From assembly GCA_013286045.1 (NCBI GenBank), contig JABDGM010000011.1:1944-65943 (forward strand): a stretch of 64,000 bases of DNA, given 5' to 3'. How positions within the stretch are numbered: the stretch's first letter is position 1; every line of letters begins with the position of its first letter. Below are positions 58,601 to 64,000 of the stretch, piece after piece. The notes under the pieces are model-generated. The model was given only the letters and a program-made list of their open reading frames with translations. It did no database searches and had not been told where the DNA came from. A program made the translations under genes and the position numbers. Origin of the DNA: Planctomycetota bacterium. GTDB taxonomy: Bacteria > Planctomycetota > Planctomycetia > Pirellulales > Lacipirellulaceae.

Positions 58601-60688
58601 ACCGCTCAAGATCACGTCCGTGTCACCGGGAACCAGTCTCTTACTTCAGATAAATCGATTGCTTCATTGCAGTACGACCCCAATGGAAGTCCTGCGTCGA
58701 TGAATCTGAATGGTCATGAATTCACGATTTTGTCTGGCGGCGTGTTCCGGAGTGACGAAATCACGAATGGTCGAATTACAGCAGGTGAAAGTGGAAATGC
58801 CGAGCTTGACTTTCACAGTTCGAGCAAGATTTCTGCAGACATCGTCGACAATGTCGGCGGCGGGTCGGTCGGCGTCGTGATCGATTCCACTTCGATGCAG
58901 TTAACGGGAAATAACACGTATACTGGCGGAACTTGGATAGTTGGTTCTGTGTACTATGGATCACCCGATGCCGCCGCGACCATTTTGAGCCCCTCGGCGA
59001 TTCCTGCACATGATCGAGTCTATGTAGACAAGGCCTTATACGCGGTGCAAATTCCGTCTGCCACAACGATTTCAATAGATGAATTGCACGTACGGAACGG
59101 CGGCATGGTCACAACCGGCCTCGCGACTCTTAACGTACAACAAATGTTCCTCGAGCAAGGGTCGGTAAATGGCACGATCACTGGAAGTGGGACTATTACG
59201 AAAGTGACCGACGGCGGGTTCGATCTCACGACGGTGCAAGGCCCGAACTTCACCGGCAGCGTCGACGTGCAAGACGGTGTTTTAACTATCGCTTATAACG
59301 CCCTGCCGAAAGCAGAGTTCGATCTGGAGGGCGGACGACTAGACGTTTCCGGTAGTTCGAACTTCACGAATAAGATCGTTCTGAAAGGCGGAGCTATCGG
59401 CCTGGGACAATATACGGGCGCGGTCGACGTACAATCGAATTCGGAGATCGTGCACTCGAATACCAGTACATTGCTTTCTGGCAAACTGACAGGGTTCGGC
59501 GATCTTACAATTCATGGTTCGCAGCTGAACCCGTACACATCATACGTGGGTTTATTTGGCGATATGAGCCAATACAGCGGCAACATTGAAATCGCGTCGG
59601 GCGCGTTGCGCCTCGGCACTCCTGGCAACGCGGGTTCGGGTGTAATCACCGTCGACCAAGCTGGTCGATTGATTCTTGGTAGCAACAGCTACTCAGATCC
59701 AACAGAAACTCTCAACAACGAAATTCAAGTGAACGGTGGAACTGTCTACAGCACTCCACCGACCAGTTCGTCAACCGGCACTGCTAACCCAAGTGTATTG
59801 ACGGGAAATGTATTCGTCCATCAGGAGGCGTTTATCGGCGCGCTATCGACAGGGTTCAAGAATAACGTCCGATTGCCAGGCTTAACTTTTGGCGGCAGCC
59901 TTACACTCACGGATGGCGCAAATGTCTTCGGATTGAGCGACGGACGGAGCAGTATTGCCACCGGCTCAACTGCATTGGTAGATATCTCCGGTGAGATGCG
60001 TGTAGGCTCCGATACTGTATGGCATTTACTCTCGTCATCATTATCGATTTCCGGAATTATTCGACCCAACGGGCCGTCCGGCTCGATTGACTTTGAAGGT
60101 ATTCCCTCTTTGCTTCAAATGAATGGTGCGGGAATTCAAGTCGATGCCGGCCAAAGTCTTTCCATCAAATTGAACGGACAGGCGGCAGAAGTCTTACTGA
60201 GCGGCGGCGGTAACTCGATTCAAGGATCGGGAATTCTTGCCGGCGACTACACAGTAGTTAACGGTGCTGCCGTTGCTCCTGGCAATTCCCCGGGACTACT
60301 TACAATTAACGGAGATATGACGTTTGGCTCCGCAGGGCTGCTATCAACCCAATTAGCCGGTCTCAGCCGTGGTTCTCAGTATGATGCGCTCGATGTTTCA
60401 GGCGACGTTGTCATTAGCGGTGCTATACTGGACGTTTCATTCTTGAATGGCTTCACGCCAACAAGCAATGACGCTTTCATCATTATGCGGGCGCACCATG
60501 TAACCGGTCGATTTGCAAATGCTACCAACTCAATCCTCGTAAATGGACAATCGTTGCCGATCACTTACTTCGATCAAATGGTTGTTTTAGGCAATGCGGC
60601 GGCGGTGCCCGAGCCAAGTTCTGTAGCGCTTCTTTGTTTTTTAATCGGGGTAGTGGGGTGGCGACCGCTGAGATTCAGCTCGAAGTAA
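55616..60688 (+). CDS. Giant (1,690 aa) autotransporter-associated beta-strand repeat (PATR) protein with PEP-CTERM anchor
   Basis: Signal peptide present. Many PATR-like units (KTGLGTLMLAGSSPMWDGTFSITSGRAVLSG; MQLTGNNTYTGGTWIVG; GDLTIHGS...YSGNIEIASGALRLG). C-terminus VPEPSSVALLCFLIGVVGWR. Confidence 0.85.
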   Translation: MRSFLPNVCAHITISAAILVCPFQLVVTHCLAQSSSWQIGTSSGDWFDATHWNNGVPNGPGAIAILPGSSSFHVQANQPFTLGELDFTGPLQTNVFGTGQLVFDQPGAGSALIRADSGASGAAINATISIPLSIAAGETLAIDLAAPTTLSLGSIVAGSGNVIKTGLGTLMLAGSSPMWDGTFSITSGRAVLSGASALGSTVGNTTVSGGAILTLQSSTAEPIELNSGTMQVNTTAAITLSNPIQLTGNGTISNASTTVATTFNNVVSGTGDATFQNSASAAMIIGGNSTYTAHTYVSGTSFRATSSSAFGDSSNGTTLQSGTLSVEALTDELFTVAGGTLTFTSALASYNHAVTVDGGTLSLPGVATALNVPVIAGPNGGRVQFVGTGNWTGGSSGTGNLQLVGSVNVNGSLSHSGSLTIDRAKLNTANSYQGDTIVTGASELDNAGGFGSSPAVHIRNNGALTLNVQPNVSPQYFVEQGTLTFANPTQPVTAPITLGGSTANNGGAAALVGPGVFNGPIHLDPAGVNNQRITNATLNGQINGDGALKLSGTVNVNAANDFRGWTEVTDGTVTINNPAALNLGATSVSGGHLVLNVPANGNVITNQSFSTTGTVTFNAPQNYNGAWVVNAGAIEAAAQVGMPNLIGLGGTIRGIGSGTFRLDGDMTALRSTAIEGGISGSGNIDFSGAELRVAQNLSNFTGAFNIHTGLLSIGYLSSGFTAPTTLNSASDINIYDEATLNLPNATSSTGNVIPNNIFLHNAHGYFGYAAALMGNPGNGSQTLSGHVDVGDQGSTIVGNFLITGRLTGSNPNFAYGGIELANTQDQLRGVVRLTQQAALHFDDQGKLFGASEIRIESGSTLSFGGSSSNDRLDDATGVDSLGGFIQLYSNTTSQTRETLGTLKLLAGSTQLFISSDHDGTQAAALTINNLQRLPGATLHFAQAGFQNTVKVNNGIDLKYGMIGPWATTSDGFATVGANGVITTQSTTMFADINSATAQDHVRVTGNQSLTSDKSIASLQYDPNGSPASMNLNGHEFTILSGGVFRSDEITNGRITAGESGNAELDFHSSSKISADIVDNVGGGSVGVVIDSTSMQLTGNNTYTGGTWIVGSVYYGSPDAAATILSPSAIPAHDRVYVDKALYAVQIPSATTISIDELHVRNGGMVTTGLATLNVQQMFLEQGSVNGTITGSGTITKVTDGGFDLTTVQGPNFTGSVDVQDGVLTIAYNALPKAEFDLEGGRLDVSGSSNFTNKIVLKGGAIGLGQYTGAVDVQSNSEIVHSNTSTLLSGKLTGFGDLTIHGSQLNPYTSYVGLFGDMSQYSGNIEIASGALRLGTPGNAGSGVITVDQAGRLILGSNSYSDPTETLNNEIQVNGGTVYSTPPTSSSTGTANPSVLTGNVFVHQEAFIGALSTGFKNNVRLPGLTFGGSLTLTDGANVFGLSDGRSSIATGSTALVDISGEMRVGSDTVWHLLSSSLSISGIIRPNGPSGSIDFEGIPSLLQMNGAGIQVDAGQSLSIKLNGQAAEVLLSGGGNSIQGSGILAGDYTVVNGAAVAPGNSPGLLTINGDMTFGSAGLLSTQLAGLSRGSQYDALDVSGDVVISGAILDVSFLNGFTPTSNDAFIIMRAHHVTGRFANATNSILVNGQSLPITYFDQMVVLGNAAAVPEPSSVALLCFLIGVVGWRPLRFSSK

Positions 60689-60793
60689 AAAACGTTGTCT
60701 GCGGCCGAATAGGAAGCTCAGATGTTTTCTGAAGTTGGCAAGTAACGGCGTTGACGTTAGAGCGATAGGCCGTATCTTCATCTCCTAATACCT

Positions 60794-60826
60794 AAAGAAA
60801 AGCAGGCGTACTAATGGTCGCCTGCT
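60794..60826 (-). terminator. Rho-independent terminator of the 58-aa ORF
   Basis: On the minus strand: AGCAGGCG-accattagta-CGCCTGCT followed by TTTCTTT. It begins 10 nt after the TGA at 60837-60839. Confidence 0.6.
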
Positions 60827-60836
60827 CTAAAACAAA

Positions 60837-61013
60837 TCAATCCGCCCACTCCCTCGGGCACAAACTATCCCAATCGAGCACCATCGGCCCTCTCGGCTCG
60901 GGGTCGAACCCAACGTCAAACGGATCCGCGATGCTAAAACCACGACTCCTGATCGTGCCCACGCGCTCTCCCGTCGAATTCGCCACTTCTTCATCGATTT
61001 CCTGCTGGCTCAT
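60837..61013 (-). CDS. Unlisted 58-aa acidic protein downstream of the E1-like gene
   Basis: My translation: MSQQEIDEEVANSTGERVGTIRSRGFSIADPFDVGFDPEPRGPMVLDWDSLCPREWAD. The ATG is preceded by AGGAG, 6 nt upstream. A strong terminator follows. It is below the track's size cutoff. The listed plus-strand ORF 60814..61026 is its antisense. Confidence 0.5.
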   Translation of the reverse strand: MSQQEIDEEVANSTGERVGTIRSRGFSIADPFDVGFDPEPRGPMVLDWDSLCPREWAD

Positions 61014-61129
61014 CGCGATCTCCTAAGCACAAGTCCTAAAACCAAAAAAGGCGATGGCCCAGCACGGAGCTGGACGCATCGCCAAACGATAGAAGCCTCA
61101 AGTCGAGGCTTATGCAATTCAGATCGCGG

Positions 61130-61807
61130 CTACATAGCCCCGCGATTCACTACGAGTTCCGCCGCAAGCAGGCTGAGCGTGGCGTCGGCATCCACATGCT
61201 GACCACGAAGCCAGCGTGCGAACTGGTGCACCATGAGTCCGGCAGCAATGTTGGCCGTGTAGATCGTGCTGCGGGCGGTGCAGCGACCAGGTTCGGCTTC
61301 AGTCGCAGCGAATAGCGTCTTTGGATAGTGGCTGCGACTCGGTTCATCTGCAGCAACTAAGACACGGATCACTTCGCCAAGCATCCGACCATCGGCCCAG
61401 AACTCGGTTCGCTTTCCAGCTGAGCGCCAGATTACGGCCCTCATTTCAATGGAGTCCACGCAGCAAAAGACCGCCTGCCCAACTTCCTGTTTAGGGCGGT
61501 AGCGTGCATCACACACGAGAACGTCTTCTGCGGGATCCAAGCGACCAATTGCTTCTTTCGTGGCGTGAACTTTTAGCACACCGACGTCAGATTGCAGGTA
61601 GCCTTGCGTTGTGATGTTTGCGGCATCCACCCGGTCAAAGTTCACTAGGTGCAGTTTACGAACGCCAATCGCAGCTAATTGCAAGGCAACTTGCCGACCA
61701 ATGGCACCAACACCGATAACGGCAACCGTAAGTTCTGCCAATCGCTCTGCCGGCACCAACTCTTTCTGTCGTACAAATCGGTCTTCAGAAATCCCTGATA
61801 AAGCCAT
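61130..61807 (-). CDS. Minimal ThiF/MoeB/E1-type adenylyltransferase domain protein
   Basis: Rossmann loop [21 protein letters not shown], then [29 protein letters not shown], and a Cys-containing [22 protein letters not shown]. The track start at 61813 is GTG. The ATG at 61807 has GGAGG 8 nt upstream. Confidence 0.85.
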   Translation of the reverse strand: MALSGISEDRFVRQKELVPAERLAELTVAVIGVGAIGRQVALQLAAIGVRKLHLVNFDRVDAANITTQGYLQSDVGVLKVHATKEAIGRLDPAEDVLVCDARYRPKQEVGQAVFCCVDSIEMRAVIWRSAGKRTEFWADGRMLGEVIRVLVAADEPSRSHYPKTLFAATEAEPGRCTARSTIYTANIAAGLMVHQFARWLRGQHVDADATLSLLAAELVVNRGAM

Positions 61808-61838
61808 ATTCACCCTCCTCTAAGGTCTGGTCGAAGTC

Positions 61839-62456
61839 CTAGTAGTCGCGCCAAGAGTCACGCCACCAGCCGCCGTGATCGAGATCCAACTCATCCGATT
61901 GCAGCGCCGAAGTGGTTGGGCGCTTGATCAGTTCAGGCTCTGGCGGTGGAACCCGAACATTCTTCTCATACTCGGCCTGCCAGGCAGAGAAGTCTGAACC
62001 AGCGAAGGGCTGGTCATACTCGATCTCCACTGGCAAATTCACGTCGGCTCCGGGGCCAACGATGCAGCGCAGGCGCGCGTATGTCTGACCACCACGAGCC
62101 ACGATAGACATGATTGCCCAGTCAGAGCGACCAAAGACTCGCTCGAAAGTTGCCTCGTCCGTTCCGCTCGGATCTGCCGATCTCCCGGGGTGGGCGTGGA
62201 TCCAGATCCGAGCGAACTCTTCCGGGCGCCGGCCTGCAACTACTTGGCGTTCGAACAAATCAGCGACTGCCTCGTCATCGAAGGCCACATGCACCCAAGT
62301 GCACTCTTGAGTGACCAGTTCGATATCTTCGACGAGCAATAGATCATCCTTCGCTGAAATGCCGAAGCCACCGATCTCCGTATCACCGGCGTCACGCAGA
62401 AACAGCAGCTTCGCCCACGCTGAACATAGATGTGGAGTGGTCGTTGTTGACGGCAT
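61839..62456 (-). CDS. JAB/MPN (JAMM) metalloprotease-domain protein
   Basis: Complete JAMM signature: DTEIGGFG (the Glu), then HAHPGRSADPSGTD, which fits HxHx7Sx2D exactly. The ATG is preceded by AGGAG. The gene ends 25-31 nt upstream of the E1-like gene. Confidence 0.8.
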   Translation of the reverse strand: MPSTTTTPHLCSAWAKLLFLRDAGDTEIGGFGISAKDDLLLVEDIELVTQECTWVHVAFDDEAVADLFERQVVAGRRPEEFARIWIHAHPGRSADPSGTDEATFERVFGRSDWAIMSIVARGGQTYARLRCIVGPGADVNLPVEIEYDQPFAGSDFSAWQAEYEKNVRVPPPEPELIKRPTTSALQSDELDLDHGGWWRDSWRDY

Positions 62457-62596
62457 CGAAAGTCTCCTTTCTTGAAAAGGCTACCGCTTGGCAAGTCGCA
62501 CTAGCGGACAGAAGGTTTGAGGTCTTACGAACTTCTTTGAGCTCGCACTACTCAGTCCAAGGTGGATTACCACTATAGTTGGAAGACGCCATTCGC

Positions 62597-62614
62597 TGCA
62601 AACTTTAGTTTGCA
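62597..62614. promoter_or_regulatory. 18-bp palindrome (TGCAAACT-TT-AGTTTGCA) abutting the XRE start codon; candidate operator
   Basis: Perfect 8-bp inverted arms with a 2-nt spacer. It ends 3 nt before the ATG at 62618, in the divergent region shared with the JAB/E1 genes. Confidence 0.4.
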
Positions 62615-62617
62615 AGC

Positions 62618-62824
62618 ATGGCGCTTAGCGAGGAATTACTTAAAGCACGGACGGCGGCAGGGCTGACGCAAGAACAGCTTGCGTTTAAGGCTGATGTTTC
62701 TAGAAATTACATCAGCCTACTTGAGCGGAATGAGAAATCACCCACCGTGAAGATGCTGCTTCGGCTTTGCAAATCGTTGGGGGTGCGGACGTCTAGGATT
62801 GTTTCGCGAATAGAGCGAAACTAG
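62618..62824 (+). CDS. XRE-family helix-turn-helix transcriptional regulator (68 aa)
   Basis: LKARTAAGLTQEQLAFKADVSRNYISLLERNEKSPTVKMLLRLCKSLGV is a canonical Cro/C1-type HTH. Confidence 0.85.
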   Translation: MALSEELLKARTAAGLTQEQLAFKADVSRNYISLLERNEKSPTVKMLLRLCKSLGVRTSRIVSRIERN

Positions 62825-62933
62825 GCGAATAAGAACGGCGCCAAGTAACGCCTGGAAATTACCCAACTATAGCTTCGCTAAAACGGGCTTTCAAAGTGCG
62901 AAGAGCGCGTAGGATGGAACACGATTATTAGAA

Positions 62934-64000
62934 TCACGTCCCAACAATCGGCTCGCCCACATCGACAGTCGCCTCAGCCGCTGCGGCGAGACTAATGGCT
63001 TCGCACGTAACCGGCTCATCATCGGCCACACGAACGCGGCCTGCAAACCATAAACTGGCCATTGTCACCGCCGCCGCAATCCAGCCAACGCCGCCGTAAT
63101 TCTGCAAGCGGTGATCGGGCAGTTCTTTGATGATGAGCCCACCAAAGCACGCACCAATGCCTGTGGCAACATGCTGGACCGAAGCGTTCGCACTCATAAA
63201 GCTGCCACGCCGATGACGCTGAACGCTGCTGGTAACCATCGCCATCGCTGCAATCATGCGTCCCGCATTGCTGACCATCAGCGTCGAGACGGCGGCGACG
63301 GCAACCACCGTGGCTACCCGGGGCAAGTGAGTTACTGTTACGAGCATTACGACCGAGATCGGGACGATAGCCCGATAAACAAACAGCTTGCCGCGACGAT
63401 CAGCTAGCTTCCCGATCAAAGGAGCAGCGATCAGGGTCAGCGCACCGCCTGCCACGAACACCAAGGGAAGCTGCGTCTCCGGCACTCCGACATTCGCCAC
63501 CAAATAGTCACTGACATACGGAATCACCGCGAACGCACCAATCATGAGCGAAATAATCAGTGCAAACGCGTTCAAATGATTGCGATCGGAAAATGTCTCA
63601 ACTAGCGACCGAAGTGGATGAGCATGAACTGTCCCGATATGGGCCTTCAGCGGCGGCAGCACGAAGGCTGAGACCACGAGCACCGGGATTCCCAGCACGA
63701 CCAAACACAAGAACGGGACATGCCATCCGAACCTTGTCCCGATGTACAAGCCAGCCGGAACACCCACGACGGTCGCAAGAGCAAACCCCGACATCAACGA
63801 ACCGGTCGCCCGCCCGCGTCGTTCTTCCGGGAACACGTCGCCGATGATCGTCATCGACAGTCCCCCCAAAATGCCGCCAAAGGCACCGGTCGCTACCCGT
63901 GCCGCCAACAAAAACTTGTAGCTCGGCGCCAGTCCACAAAGCAGCGTGCCCAGCAGAAACCCGGCGTACAGCGTGAGGAAAGCTGCGCGTCGCGAGAAGC
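62934..64000 (-). CDS. MFS transporter (drug/metabolite-type), N-terminus beyond the right window edge
   Basis: My translation shows the frame stays open upstream of the track start (TTG at 63911) to position 64000 (...FSRRAAFLTLYAGFLLGTLLCGLAPSYKFLLAARVATGAFGG). Many TM helices are present, and LAARV..G.GG is an MFS TM4-5 type motif. Confidence 0.8.
   Translation of the reverse strand, partial: FSRRAAFLTLYAGFLLGTLLCGLAPSYKFLLAARVATGAFGGILGGLSMTIIGDVFPEERRGRATGSLMSGFALATVVGVPAGLYIGTRFGWHVPFLCLVVLGIPVLVVSAFVLPPLKAHIGTVHAHPLRSLVETFSDRNHLNAFALIISLMIGAFAVIPYVSDYLVANVGVPETQLPLVFVAGGALTLIAAPLIGKLADRRGKLFVYRAIVPISVVMLVTVTHLPRVATVVAVAAVSTLMVSNAGRMIAAMAMVTSSVQRHRRGSFMSANASVQHVATGIGACFGGLIIKELPDHRLQNYGGVGWIAAAVTMASLWFAGRVRVADDEPVTCEAISLAAAAEATVDVGEPIVGT

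Noticed and set aside
60814-61026. 70-aa plus-strand ORF listed in the track.
   Set aside because: It is antisense to a better-supported minus-strand 58-aa ORF (SD + terminator), and its own start lacks signals.
60689-62933. Search for a ubiquitin-like (beta-grasp, C-terminal Gly-Gly) or E2-like ORF next to the JAB/E1 pair.
   Set aside because: I read all six frames of the gaps (60689-60836, 61014-61129, 61808-61838, 62457-62617, 62825-62933) by eye and found no ORF ending in GG. The overlapping ORFs at 62039..62239 and 62240..62494 are off-frame shadows of the JAB gene.

Overview
The window looks like a chromosomal segment from a Planctomycetota (Pirellulales-like) genome. This is inferred from DUF1559/prepilin-type proteins, many PEP-CTERM tails, an 'LE.RRLL' N-terminal motif on a giant protein, and an ECF sigma factor coupled to a Ser/Thr kinase.

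**Layout, left to right:**
- A secreted TPR protein of more than 1,260 aa on the minus strand. It is missing from the ORF track because it runs off the window edge.
- A MoxR-DUF58-BatA/vWA operon.
- A decaying patch holding a HAF-repeat PEP-CTERM gene with an in-frame TAA and an orphan PEP-CTERM tail.
- An SDR/HxlR pair.
- A carbohydrate-oriented neighbourhood: GH97, two paralogous discoidin-type PEP-CTERM lectin-like proteins flanking a DUF1559 + lipoprotein pair, a XylR-like regulator, and DUF5107-TPR / MFS sugar porter / mutarotase-like genes.
- A roughly 20 kb segment (29.6-49.8 kb) bracketed by nested direct repeats that resemble integrase core and arm sites. It starts with integrase, HExxH and IS110 remnants. 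Its cargo is YaiI, an ECF sigma factor with a beta-propeller Ser/Thr kinase, a divergent 3,650-aa secreted protein, and a SirB1-like tandem duplication.
- An array of small membrane proteins with conserved ends and variable centres, plus an LRR protein.
- More PEP-CTERM genes, one with an in-frame TAA, and a decayed Rdx/SelW-like gene.
- A 1,690-aa PATR/PEP-CTERM protein.
- A compact XRE | JAB-E1(ThiF)-58 aa cassette.
- A partial MFS gene at the right edge.

**Most interesting candidates:**
- The XRE-controlled JAB + minimal E1 cassette, which lacks any recognisable Ubl, E2 or effector.
- The island-like segment with core/arm repeat architecture.
- The conserved-end/variable-centre membrane protein array.

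No rRNA gene, intact tRNA gene or CRISPR array was seen. All family assignments come from motif recognition by eye; no searches were run.
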